Shown here piece after piece: positions 9,114-19,400 of a stretch of DNA of 64,000 nt. The first letter of the stretch is position 1. Each line of letters starts with the position of its first letter. The position numbers and the translations under genes were made by a program. A model generated the notes under the pieces. It ran no database searches. It worked only from the letters and a program-made list of their open reading frames with translations, and was not told the DNA's origin. Source of the DNA: Leptospiraceae bacterium (GTDB lineage: Bacteria; Spirochaetota; Leptospiria; Leptospirales; Leptonemataceae); contig JAVJNR010000008.1 in the NCBI GenBank assembly GCA_040217195.1, forward strand, positions 160,001-224,000, written 5' to 3'.

Positions 9114-9284
9114 ATGAAAACAAACGCCCCCAAAAGCATTACCTGGATTATAGCAGTGGTTCTAGGAGCCATTGGAATTGTCGCAAGTTTTGTAGTGATT
9201 CCTACCGTTTCAGTTTATGCTGGATATCTGGTTATGGCAGGATTCGTAATTCTTGCTGTAGCTTCAGCTGTGAAGGGTCTCTAA
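9114..9284 (+). CDS. Small 56-aa two-helix membrane protein (not in ORF track)
   Basis: MKTNAPKSITWIIAVVLGAIGIVASFVVIPTVSVYAGYLVMAGFVILAVASAVKGL*; AGAGG RBS at 9104-9108. Confidence 0.75.
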   Translation: MKTNAPKSITWIIAVVLGAIGIVASFVVIPTVSVYAGYLVMAGFVILAVASAVKGL

Positions 9285-9531
9285 GACCAGAATCGTTTTT
9301 CCATGACCGATGCAAGCATCTGCACTGGTGGACAGTCCACCCGTGCAAATGCCCGAGGAAAAACCGGCAACGTGATGTAACTATTAAGAATGCAATTTCG
9401 CCCGCCTTTACCCAATGCCGCGAAGTTCGCCTTATAGCCGGCGAGCTGCCTTAAGCCGCACTCGGATGCTGAGTGAATTCTCATTGACAACCTTTCACTT
9501 ATAGACCACCTCTCATCGGCGGGAGCCCCCG

Positions 9532-9795
9532 ATGGAATTGTCCCTGTGTGGTCCCCGAGTGATCCCGGTACGTTATCGGCGAGCCCCGGGACAACACCGG
9601 CAAACTCGGCCGGAGCTAAAAAGTGAGGTTTCGGAGCTCCGCTCACAAATGCGGAAGATGCGCGGAGAAATACCGGGCCTTTCTTCTGAATCTTGGCCAA
9701 CCACACGATGGATGATTCCCATACCGTTCGGTGTAGTACCGTACTTTTCTATCCTTCTGTCCATGGCCCGGGAGATTGCAGAACGCTCGTTCTAA
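9532..9795 (+). pseudogene. Possible remnant of a coiled-coil + C-terminal TM (DUF1640/CCDC90-like) gene
   Basis: ELKSEVSELRSQM...TTRWMI followed by a hydrophobic tail; N-terminus looks degraded. Confidence 0.3.
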
Positions 9796-10026
9796 GAAAT
9801 GGAATCGTTCGCCTTATGTTCTGAGTTGCTGCCTTAGGCGAACCGATCTGGTATTTTCTAAATGATTGACAAATTACTTGAACCGGCGGCGGCCAGAATG
9901 CTTCTAACAATTTCTGCCTTTTCCTGACCGCAATTGTGCGGTTTGCTTTTCTAATCCATGGAGGCTCGATTAGCTAGATATGATAGCGGGTAGTAAAGTC
10001 AAAACTTTAAGATTTAAGATAAAGTC

Positions 10027-11232
10027 ATGTCCCATACACTTTCCACAGACCATTTGCCCGTTCGAATATGGACGGATCCTTCCGGAATAGAGGAGCAGGC
10101 CATTCGTCAGCTGCGAAACATTGCCAGCCTTCCCTGGGTTTTCAAGCATGTATCGGCCATGCCAGATGTTCATTATGGCAAAGGGGCCACGGTAGGCTCT
10201 GTCATCGCAATGAAAGAAGCGGTTAGCCCCGCTGCCGTGGGTGTAGACATAGGGTGCGGCATGGGAGCTTTTCGCACAAATCTGAGTCTGGAAGATCTTC
10301 CAGACAATCTTAGAAATATTCGCAACCAAATCGAACGGTCGGTGCCTGTGGGGTTCAAATCCCACCGAGATACTGTGGTGGGATCGCCAGGTCTCTATCT
10401 AACCGATTCCCATCGCCAGCGTGTGGAGAAGAATCTGGGTCAGGCCAGGCATCTGACCAGAGCTGTCCTTGGCAGCTCTCAGTCAGAAAAGATTCAAAAG
10501 CAATGCGGAACCCTGGGCGGAGGGAACCATTTCATTGAGCTTGTACACGATGAGCAGGATAGAGTCTGGATCTTTCTGCATTCTGGCTCCAGAAACATTG
10601 GAAAAAGCCTTGCAGATCATCATATTTCTATAGCGCGAAAGCTGGCTCACAACGCGGACCTTCCGGATCCGGATCTTGCGGTTTTTCTCTCCGGTACTTC
10701 GCAAATGCAGGAGTATCGCCGGGATCTGAACTGGGCTCAGGAATATGCTTTCTGCAATCGAATTACCATGGCATCTCTTATCTTTCGCGCCTTGCAGCAG
10801 AACTTTTTTCCCGATCTTACTCTGGAAGAAACGATTCTCTGCCATCATAACTATGTGTCCGAAGAGCATCACTTTGGTTCAGACGTTCTGGTGACTCGCA
10901 AGGGAGCCATCAGCGCTCGAAAGGATGAACTGGGTTTGATTCCAGGCTCCATGGGTACCCGCTCCTACGTGGTTCGTGGTCTGGGAAATCCAGATTCCTT
11001 TCATTCAGCCTCCCATGGGGCCGGTCGTCGAATGAGTCGAAACAGGGCTCGCAAGGAATTCTCCATCAAAGATCTGCAGGAGCAAACAAGGGGAGTGGAA
11101 TGCAGAAAAGACGGAGGTGTGCTGGATGAGATACCTTCCGCGTACAAAGATATAGATGTGGTAATGGCCAACCAGAAGGATCTGGTAGAGATTGTTCACA
11201 GCCTGAAGCAGCTGATCTGTGTAAAAGGGTAG
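10027..11232 (+). CDS. rtcB: RNA 2',3'-cyclic phosphate/5'-OH ligase RtcB
   Basis: MPDVHYG, VGVDIGCGM, GTLGGGNHF, HSGSR, HHNY, RKGA, PGSMG, SHGAGR, DEIPSAYKD, C-terminal VKG. Confidence 0.96.
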   Translation: MSHTLSTDHLPVRIWTDPSGIEEQAIRQLRNIASLPWVFKHVSAMPDVHYGKGATVGSVIAMKEAVSPAAVGVDIGCGMGAFRTNLSLEDLPDNLRNIRNQIERSVPVGFKSHRDTVVGSPGLYLTDSHRQRVEKNLGQARHLTRAVLGSSQSEKIQKQCGTLGGGNHFIELVHDEQDRVWIFLHSGSRNIGKSLADHHISIARKLAHNADLPDPDLAVFLSGTSQMQEYRRDLNWAQEYAFCNRITMASLIFRALQQNFFPDLTLEETILCHHNYVSEEHHFGSDVLVTRKGAISARKDELGLIPGSMGTRSYVVRGLGNPDSFHSASHGAGRRMSRNRARKEFSIKDLQEQTRGVECRKDGGVLDEIPSAYKDIDVVMANQKDLVEIVHSLKQLICVKG

Positions 11233-11291
11233 GCTCTTCAGGCATCGTTCCCTGGAATCCACGTTCTCTGTGCGGTGCTGGTTGGATTGTA

Positions 11292-11375
11292 GCCAGGCAG
11301 TTTCGTAGCCCGGTGGCTTCGGCGCCAGGCAGTTTCGTAGCCCGTGGCGCCCTGGCCTGGTAGTTTCCTGACCTG
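11292..11375. repeat. Short tandem repeats downstream of rtcB
   Basis: gccaggcagtttcgtagcccg at 11292 and 11324; degenerate third copy gcctggtagtttcctgacctg at 11355. Confidence 0.75.
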
Positions 11376-11487
11376 CTAGATTCCTCCACTGACAGACAGG
11401 CATCGCGTAAAGATCGAACGATGAGAGCTTCTTCGAAAGTGTCTGCGCAGCACTTGAGAAAAGCTCTACTCAGAGTAATTGTGAATG

Positions 11488-12537
11488 CTAGAAATGGTAG
11501 GCCACTGACATAATGAAAATCTCATCCTGCAGCTTTTCCTGATTTCTTCGAGTGGAAAAGCCAGCCCGGGAAAGGAAGAATCGTTCCATATCGTAGTTGG
11601 CGATAGGCGTAAATGGCTTCTGGTAGGCCACCGTGATGTTCCAGTCTCCAATATAGAATCCGCTACCAAGTTCCCATTGTCTGTAGAACTCCGGATGGCT
11701 TTCGCCTTTTTCGATGAGGACTCCGCTATGGGGCTTTCTGTACAGACCACCAACGAAGGGTTCCATCCATTCAAACCGATAGGCCAATCGAAGGGAGAAC
11801 TCTGTAACCTTTTCCAGTTCAAAAAGCGTGCTGTCCACTCGGGTCTCGGGCTCCTGCCACGGATAAAAGGGTGTTTCCTGCCGATTGTCGGGCAGATCGC
11901 CCACAGGGAAGATCCCACCAATTCGAGCAACAATTAGAAAGGATTCCATGGAATAACCCAGAGTCAGTCCACTGCGAGAATCGTAAAATGGCTCATCGAT
12001 CATACTCTGTCCGGTGGCGGCCATACCCATATCTGCATCCAGCACAACCAGAATGGGCGAATCCATGGGAATACTGTAGCGAAAGCCGGTTCTGGGCCGG
12101 AGCCATCGAGCGGCATCTGGCGCATCCTTCTGGGAAAAAGCTGCATGTCCCAGTTCCAATCTCCAGGAGAAGTCTTCCAGAAAGGAAAGCTCCAGACTGG
12201 TCCTGCTTAGAAGTACGTTTCGGTTGCCTCTTTCGCCTTGTCTATATTCAAAATCCGCCATGATTCGATCCGCCGGAAGAGGATTGGTGCCTGCAACACC
12301 GGAAAGACCCGAAGGATGATGAGCCTTTAGTTCAGACAAAGAGAGTAAAATCAAAACAATGCTGATCGTTAGAATGAACTTGTTGGCTTTGGGATGCACC
12401 GGTCTTTCCGGGCCAGAGCAGGGATCATTTCCAGCCCCGGCATTTGAAATCGCATTAGAATTCGCATTTGAAATCGCATTGGAATTCGCATTAGGATTAG
12501 AAATCGGATCCGGATGCATTATTTCATTTCTTATCAT
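11488..12537 (-). CDS. Putative outer-membrane beta-barrel transporter of the MbnPH cluster
   Basis: Signal peptide followed by HH, amphipathic strands, C-terminal aromatic (VAYHF); ATG overlaps the upstream stop (ATGA). Confidence 0.6.
   Translation of the reverse strand: MIRNEIMHPDPISNPNANSNAISNANSNAISNAGAGNDPCSGPERPVHPKANKFILTISIVLILLSLSELKAHHPSGLSGVAGTNPLPADRIMADFEYRQGERGNRNVLLSRTSLELSFLEDFSWRLELGHAAFSQKDAPDAARWLRPRTGFRYSIPMDSPILVVLDADMGMAATGQSMIDEPFYDSRSGLTLGYSMESFLIVARIGGIFPVGDLPDNRQETPFYPWQEPETRVDSTLFELEKVTEFSLRLAYRFEWMEPFVGGLYRKPHSGVLIEKGESHPEFYRQWELGSGFYIGDWNITVAYQKPFTPIANYDMERFFLSRAGFSTRRNQEKLQDEIFIMSVAYHF
12440..12505. repeat. 12/24-nt tandem repeat (encodes ISNANSNA repeats)
   Basis: gcatttgaaatcgcattRgaattc twice plus a partial copy. 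Confidence 0.85.
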
Positions 12538-13565
12538 ATTACAAAGCATTCTGTCTCCTGCAGGAAAGTAGAAGAGGAGACTCGATTTCGAATGGCTGTT
12601 GCGCCGGTTCCGTCTGCGAAAAGCTGCCCAAAGTTTAGAAGCAATGGCCTGGAAACGGATTGGTTCAAATTTATATCCAGAGTACAGTTGAGGGAAGTGG
12701 ATGTATCTGCCAGGTCATTGGAAACGGTGGCAAACGGATTGGCATCTGTAGTTCCGGTGGCTGTAATCTGGCCAATGTGCAGTCGCACAGTTTTTACATC
12801 GCCGGGAGGCACCTGCAGGTTCAAAGTTAAGGCCTGATAATTGCGCCCGCCTGCATCGGTGCCGGTAAACCCGGTAAGCTGAAAGGTTCCTCCAGGCGTT
12901 CGAAAGCTGCCTGTACCGGACGTTTCCTCTTCGCCATGGGCCATAAGCTCTCCGCTTTTGTGCAGATACAGGAGGTTACTAATGATTCCCTGGAAGAGGC
13001 CGGGCTCGTAGAAGACTTCAACCTCCTGGACTTCAATGCTCAAACTACTCAAATCTATGGCAGCTCCTCCGCTGGAAAACTGGTCTATAGCATCCGATCC
13101 TCCATCCGTGAATCTAAGCTCCAGTTGCAGATCGGTGCGTGCACTTCCCAGCAAGAAGGAAGTCAATGCATTGTTCGTTTCTTCGCTATCGCCTACGGTA
13201 CCATACACACAATGCATCCCAGCTGACAGCGAAGCAACGAGCAGCATTAGAATCCATAAACGATTGAGCCCGGACTGTATGAGTTTGCTGGAAATTCCAT
13301 AACGAGCCAACCCGGTGGATCTTCCAGAATTCGCAATCCCGGCCGCAGTTTCTTCGGTTCTATAACTGATGAAGCCTGGAATACCGGAAGATCTCATAGA
13401 CCTGGTAGATCTCCCTGAATTCTCAATCCCGGGCAAAGTATCTGCAGTTTCACATTTGATAAAACCATTAATGCCGGAAACTCTGTTAGTGCCGGCGGAC
13501 CTGACGGAGCTTTCGGCACGTATCGTAGATTCCAGAAACCAGAATTCTTTTTGCAAACAACTCAT
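12534..13565 (-). CDS. Hypothetical lipoprotein in the MbnPH operon
   Basis: ATGA-coupled to mbnH; internal lipobox-like LLVASLSAGMHC; true start uncertain. Confidence 0.55.
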   Translation of the reverse strand: MSCLQKEFWFLESTIRAESSVRSAGTNRVSGINGFIKCETADTLPGIENSGRSTRSMRSSGIPGFISYRTEETAAGIANSGRSTGLARYGISSKLIQSGLNRLWILMLLVASLSAGMHCVYGTVGDSEETNNALTSFLLGSARTDLQLELRFTDGGSDAIDQFSSGGAAIDLSSLSIEVQEVEVFYEPGLFQGIISNLLYLHKSGELMAHGEEETSGTGSFRTPGGTFQLTGFTGTDAGGRNYQALTLNLQVPPGDVKTVRLHIGQITATGTTDANPFATVSNDLADTSTSLNCTLDINLNQSVSRPLLLNFGQLFADGTGATAIRNRVSSSTFLQETECFVI

Positions 13566-14836
13566 GGACCGAACCTCGGATTGGATGGACGGGGATTGGA
13601 TAATTTTGAATCGCTGGCAAAGTCCCAGTCCGTGAGTGCCAGAAGAAACTCTACAATATCATTTCTATCCGCATCCGAAATTGTGAATGGTCGAATTAAT
13701 GTAGTATCCACGCTGCCACCCACCGGCTGCCCTCTTTGCAAAGCATCGCCCCCGGCTCGATACATATCTACAATATCACGCAAAGCTTCCCTGGCACAGG
13801 CCTCCATAGCAGACTGGTCGGCTGCATTGGAAGGTGGGGAAGCACAGTTCACAGAGCCGTCGTGGAAATATGGCATGGTCAGGGCCAGATTGCGAAGGGA
13901 CGGAGCTCTGAATTTGCCTCGATCACTGCTGTCGCCTGTAACCTCCTCCAGACCTGTGGTAGATTTGCTGGAATATTCTGAATCGGAATAGGTTCCATTA
14001 TTGTGATAGGCGAATTCGATGGTTGCTGAATTGCTATGAACGCTTGTATCTGAAAAGTTAAAGCCGCCATGGCAATGGAAGCATTCAGCTATCTCACCGT
14101 TGAACAGTTCAAATCCCCGAACCTGGGCCGGAGTGGCTGTTGCGGTACCACGGGTAAACTTATCCCAGGTAGAGTTAAAGCTCATCATGGATCTCTGAAA
14201 AGAAGCTAGCGCGAATCGCACATTCTGTTCATTGATATTACCATCGTAAGCCTGTTCAAAAAGCTGGCGATAGGTTTCATCCGATGCGATGGTATCCAGG
14301 TAATCATCATTTTGCAGACCCAGTTCTACTATGGTGAACGGACCTGACTCAGAGAACATGGGTACCCTTGCCTGACCTTCCAGGGTGCTCAGAAGTGGAT
14401 TGTTCCAGGTAAGTCTGGAGCTGTAGGCCACATTGGACAGTTGCTGAGCGTTTCTGGGATGCAGCTCTCCCGTGGGATGGCCTGCATGCACCAAACCGCG
14501 GGGCCTTGTTTTTCCATCTGCAAAGGCCCTGGCCTGAAAATGGCAACTGCTGCAGGACATGGATTCATCCCTGGAAAGGGCCTTGTCGTAAAACAAATGG
14601 CGACCCAGTTCCACTCTGGCATCTGTCTGGCAATTGTCCGAAGGCACTACCGGAGACGGTACGCCCGAAGGCAGATTCCACTCGTAAGGAGCGCAACCTC
14701 CGCTGGCTGCAAGAGCCAGCAGAAGTGCACTGTTGTCCTCGGTCTTATCCGCGCAATGAGACCCTGAAAGTGCGATCAATAGGATCCACCCGGGCAAATT
14801 GCGGATCTTTTGCATAGAGAGCTTCCTGATATGCAT
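13562..14836 (-). CDS. mbnH: MbnH-family di-heme cytochrome c peroxidase/MauG-like lipoprotein
   Basis: Two CxxCH motifs (CSSCH, CFHCH), LGRHLFYD, GKFRAPSLRN, PYFHDGS; directly downstream of mbnP. Confidence 0.85.
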   Translation of the reverse strand: MHIRKLSMQKIRNLPGWILLIALSGSHCADKTEDNSALLLALAASGGCAPYEWNLPSGVPSPVVPSDNCQTDARVELGRHLFYDKALSRDESMSCSSCHFQARAFADGKTRPRGLVHAGHPTGELHPRNAQQLSNVAYSSRLTWNNPLLSTLEGQARVPMFSESGPFTIVELGLQNDDYLDTIASDETYRQLFEQAYDGNINEQNVRFALASFQRSMMSFNSTWDKFTRGTATATPAQVRGFELFNGEIAECFHCHGGFNFSDTSVHSNSATIEFAYHNNGTYSDSEYSSKSTTGLEEVTGDSSDRGKFRAPSLRNLALTMPYFHDGSVNCASPPSNAADQSAMEACAREALRDIVDMYRAGGDALQRGQPVGGSVDTTLIRPFTISDADRNDIVEFLLALTDWDFASDSKLSNPRPSNPRFGP

Positions 14837-14838
14837 TT

Positions 14839-15687
14839 CTATCTCGCTTCAAAGCCCTGAGCATTGCTTTGATTCGCAGTGCCGTTGGATTGATTGAGTC
14901 CCATGCGGTTTCGCATTACACCGCATAAAGTGGCATCGCCTACGGTGTTACCCATACAGGTGGTGGCAGCATAGGTTTGTCCGGAGAACCAATCAGAAAG
15001 ATCGAATTGAATCCCACTGGCAACGCTGACACCTGAGACGGTTACTCGACCTTTCATCTCATTTGTACAATTCACAGTTGCGGTGCAAGCTGTGGATCCC
15101 AGGTGAAAGTTAATTACATCGCTTCCATCGGTGAATTCCAGCTTGGTGAATTTATAGCCACTGGTCCAGGACCAGTACATGGATGCTATGTTGAACGGAG
15201 CATCGGAAGTAGCATTATCCAGTTTGTTCTGAGTTACGGGTAACCCCACTGAGAAAGAAAGACCGGTGGCGTTGGCCGGTGGCTGAGAAATGATGATCTG
15301 TGCATTTGTATCGCTGGTTCCGGAAGTGGAGCAATGTCCGGTTCCGTCTTCCAGATCGATTAAGACAACACCATCTTTCTGCCATCCAGTTACATCCGGA
15401 ACGGTAGCGCTTACTTCTCCCTCTGGTGTTACCCAGGCGAATTCTGAAAGGTACAGTCTGAAGTCGCGAATTTGAACGCTACTGTTGGCACCCAGAGTGA
15501 ATGTCTGATTGCAGGAAATTGTGGCATCGTTGCTAACCAGGCTGACGGGCAGGGTAGCTGGAGTTGCAGCTAGAGCCAGCATGGTGAGCATGTTATCATC
15601 CTCTTGCTGGTTCAGAAAGCCACAGGACATCAATACGCTTGAAAGCGTTAGAGCCGTAAAAAGGCGAATACTAGTATAACGAATCAT
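14839..15687 (-). CDS. mbnP: MbnP-family copper-binding lipoprotein
   Basis: DFRLYLS, MYWSWTSGYKF (WxW motif), FHLGSTAC; lipobox VLMSC. Confidence 0.85.
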   Translation of the reverse strand: MIRYTSIRLFTALTLSSVLMSCGFLNQQEDDNMLTMLALAATPATLPVSLVSNDATISCNQTFTLGANSSVQIRDFRLYLSEFAWVTPEGEVSATVPDVTGWQKDGVVLIDLEDGTGHCSTSGTSDTNAQIIISQPPANATGLSFSVGLPVTQNKLDNATSDAPFNIASMYWSWTSGYKFTKLEFTDGSDVINFHLGSTACTATVNCTNEMKGRVTVSGVSVASGIQFDLSDWFSGQTYAATTCMGNTVGDATLCGVMRNRMGLNQSNGTANQSNAQGFEAR

Positions 15688-15952
15688 CGATTACCTCGAA
15701 AAAAATATATGCCGGGTATGGGAGAGAATCAAAAGAGACCACTCCTTACTCGGGCGAATATGGGACTGCAGGTCTTCCATCTAGAAACCTTCAGCCAGTA
15801 TGGTAGGGGCGGATGGAATTGTAGACGAACGGATTCCTGAATCGGCGCAAACCTGGTAACGGCACAGAAAGTGGCCGGTCAGGAATTCTTTGAACCCATT
15901 TGCGCAGGTTCAAAAGCGAATCAGTCAGCTATGCTGATGGAAACCGTTGATA

Positions 15953-16426
15953 CTAGCCCTGACGAAAGGGCGGCGGGCGAGGCAGAACTGGTAGATATTG
16001 AATCTGTTCTGGTGAGGACCCAACTCGAACCAGAGGGACTGTTTCTACAACAGCACCGTCCAGATTGATATTAAAAACCAGTACAAATGCCAGGATGGAT
16101 CCCAGGGTAATGTAGCCCTGGCAAACCGGACAGGATTCATGCTCATGATTGGAGCCATCATCTGAGGCATTGGATGCTCCACTGCCATGGCATGGAGGCG
16201 TGGCTCGAACTTCTTTTGCCGTGCCATTGGCCTGGGCTGTATGGGCTGGATTCTGGGAATTTGTCTCTCTAGAAGTCCCGGAGGAGTTATGGTGCTCAGT
16301 TTCGCCCGTGGAGGGCTGAAGACGAGGACATTCATGCAGTTCCGGTATTGCGAACTGCCCGGTGAAGCCGATAAAGGCCATTAGCGCAAGACTGCGTTGA
16401 ATGTCTTTGAGTCGTCCCCGCTTCAT
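15953..16426 (-). CDS. DUF2946-like protein (CxxC plus C-terminal RPPP)
   Basis: N-terminal hydrophobic stretch, His-rich middle, HEHESCPVC, C-terminal LPRPPP; first gene before mbnP. Confidence 0.7.
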   Translation of the reverse strand: MKRGRLKDIQRSLALMAFIGFTGQFAIPELHECPRLQPSTGETEHHNSSGTSRETNSQNPAHTAQANGTAKEVRATPPCHGSGASNASDDGSNHEHESCPVCQGYITLGSILAFVLVFNINLDGAVVETVPLVRVGSSPEQIQYLPVLPRPPPFRQG

Positions 16427-16461
16427 GTTTTATTGCGATCGTTACAACCTGCGATTTACTG

Positions 16462-19400
16462 TCAAGCTTCCTGCTGCAACATCTTCTCCGGGTTTCGCTC
16501 CAGGCCAGTGAGATCCCATCTCAGTACAATGGCAGTTCCGTAACCCCGAGGTCCTTTTTCCACCTGAAGGTTTGCCAGCAGCGATTGGGCAATTGTGCGA
16601 ATGGCCTGCAAACCTTTACCCTGAGTAGGTTCCGTGCTACCTGCCTTTCTCACCAGGCCTTCTCCATTGTCAGTCACGGAAAGGGAAATTGTATTGTCCT
16701 TTTCCTGGAGCTTAACCTGAAGCCATCGCGCATCGCTATGCTTGATTGCATTATCTATGGCTTCTGTCATGAGCCAGAACACATTTCGGAAGCGATCTCC
16801 GATTCTTGCCTTTACATTTCTGGCAGCCTGCGCATCCCAGAGTAATTCGAACTCCATTCCATTTTCTTCAGCTCGACTCTGGAAGCCCAGAATGTATTCC
16901 TGAAGTCTGGCTGGCAAATCTTGATTTCGATCCACCAGGGGGGGCAGTATACTGCGCGAAACGGATTTTATATCAACAAACAATTCTTCGGGAAGCCCTT
17001 CCGGCTTCTGATCCAATAGTCGGTAAATGCCGCGAGAGCTTTCCAGATAGCGATGGTGCAGAAAGTCCTGTATATCATCTGAAATTCGAATATTTCTCTG
17101 CGCGACCAGCAAATGAGAGCGATTCTTCTCGTATTGAAAGGAAGTGGATACAAAAGGAATCAGGCTTTCCAGAAGCTTCTGGTCTGCATCGCTGATTTCC
17201 GTTTTGGCCGGAAAGGTAGCAACCAGCAATCCGCGAGTGCGATCCCCTTCTACAAGCGGCAGCAACACATAGACTTCCTCGGTTTTTTTTCCTTTCTTAA
17301 TCTTCTTGATTAAACTGGCCTGAGGATCCTGGTCATCCCTTTCTGCATTATAGAATTCCTGGTTATCTGCGATTTCCAGTTCCGGCAGATCATAGGGCCA
17401 TGCATCGGACTTCTTCTTAAGTATGGACGGTCGGTGAGTGGCCAGGGCTTCGCCAAAGAACGTGGAAGCCAGCGGAATAGATGCTCTTACGGGAAACTCC
17501 GGCACATTGCGGCTGTAGAATCGTTCCAGTAGATCGTCTTCGAGCAAAGTGAACACACTCAGGCGTTGCAATTTGTAGTTGGCAAAGACCTGCTTGTCTA
17601 CAGTAGATAGCTTGTCTTCAAAGGTCTGGCTTTCGCTAAGAGAACGAGCAGCGCTGGCCAGCAGGTATCCGGCTTCTCTGGAATTCTTTTCTCTGGTCAG
17701 TGCTTTGTCCAGGTCATCCTTTAGCTGAGATTCCCGATTCCTGGCATTGTCCAGATCTCTCTGGCGTTGATTCAAGGTATCCCGGAGCTGGGCCTCCTGC
17801 TGACTCAGTTTACCAATATTGTTTTCTTTGCTCTGGATTTCTGCCTTTAGTTCTACGATTTCACTATCCAGGTTTCTAATATCGCGGGTAAGCCTGGCTT
17901 CCTGTTCTTTTCTTGCACCAATCTCTTTTCGCAGTCGTTCTTCGCTTTGATGCCCTTCTCGAATGGACTGATTCTTTTCTGCGATCAGGTTTTCCAGTTT
18001 GCTGCTTTCTTTTTTAAGATCTTCAATTAGCTGATTCAGGGACTGGATCTCTGCAGTCTTTTCCTGAATGGTTTGCTTTCTTGCGGATACTTCAATCTCC
18101 AGATCGTGCTTTTCCTGGTTTAGACGGTTTCGCTCCTGGGTGGTGATACGAAGTTCCTGTCTTGTCTGGTCCAGGTCGGCGCTGGTTTTTTCCAGTTCCT
18201 GTTCCAGGTTGCGAATATTTCTTTCCAGCTCATTTCGAATGGAGTCTCTTTCGGCTTCCAGCTGCAATACCTGATCCTGGTGCTGCTTTTCTGCAGAAGC
18301 GATGCTCTGCTTTAAAGAATCGATTTCTCCGGACAGTTGATTTCTCTGTATTTCCAGGTTATGGATTCGATCATCGCGATTTTTTAGAGTAGAATTCAGT
18401 TCCTGGATGTTTTGATCCTTTTCCTGAATCTGAGCGGCTGCTTCATTGCTTGCTCGATCATAGTCGGCTCGATTTTCTGCAATTGTGCTTTCCAGCCGCT
18501 GGATTTCTTCCTGTCTATTCTGTAGTTCTTTCTCCAGACGACTTTTGTTCTGTGAATGCTCCTCTTTTTCCCTGGCCAGACTTCCGCTTACCTGATCATA
18601 CAGATTCTTTAGCTTATAGGCTTCTTCGCGCAATGCGGTTTCATTCTGCTGCGAAGTGCGATACAGTTGTTCATATTTCTCGGTGGCTTCTTTCTCACTC
18701 TGCTCAAGAGTGTTTTGCATATCTGAGATACGGCTGGCTGCCTCATCGGTAACTGCCTTGATCTCGTTTTCCTTTTGCTCCTGTAAAGCTTTCAGGTCAT
18801 TGGATGCTTTTTCCCGGGTTTCTTGAAGTTCCTGTTCGTAGGCTGCTTTCTGGCTTTTAATCTGATTTTCCAGATCTGTTCTGAGTTGTTCAATTCTGGA
18901 ATCTTTGTCTGCCCGTAGTTCTTCCAGAGCAGCATTCTTCTCTTCGTTAAGAGTTTCTATTGTTTGATCCAGCTCGCTTTGCAGTTCGCTAATATCATTC
19001 TCTCTTTTTTGCCTTAGCTGCTGAACTTCCGATTCATGTTGTGCACTGAGCTGCTGGATTTTCTGGTCTTTTTCTGCGGTAATTCGCTCAACGGCTTCTT
19101 CCTTTTCACGGCTGATCTGATTGATCCGGGAATCTCGCTCTTCTTCCAGTGCCTTGATTCGATTATCTTTTTCTGTTCGCAGAGTATTTATATCCTGCTC
19201 GAACTTTTCCTTTTGTTCCTGCACCAGAGTTTCATAGGTCTGAATTTCGTTACGAAGTTCTTCTTCGGTCCTTTTGCGGCTAGTTTGTTCCGCTTCCAGG
19301 CTTCGATTGGTCTCTGCCAGCAGGTTATTGGCGGTTTCCAGGGAATTCTCAAGCTCATCTCTCTGGCTGGTAAGCCTGGATATGTCTGCTTCCTGTCTAT

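Noticed and set aside
11240..11400. tRNA or Y RNA downstream of rtcB
   Set aside because: No cloverleaf or T-loop consensus could be built and no Ro60 gene is present; kept only as an unexplained repeat.
11488..16426. Methanobactin biosynthetic cluster
   Set aside because: No mbnA, mbnB or mbnC; only the MbnP/MbnH pair, which is known to occur independently.
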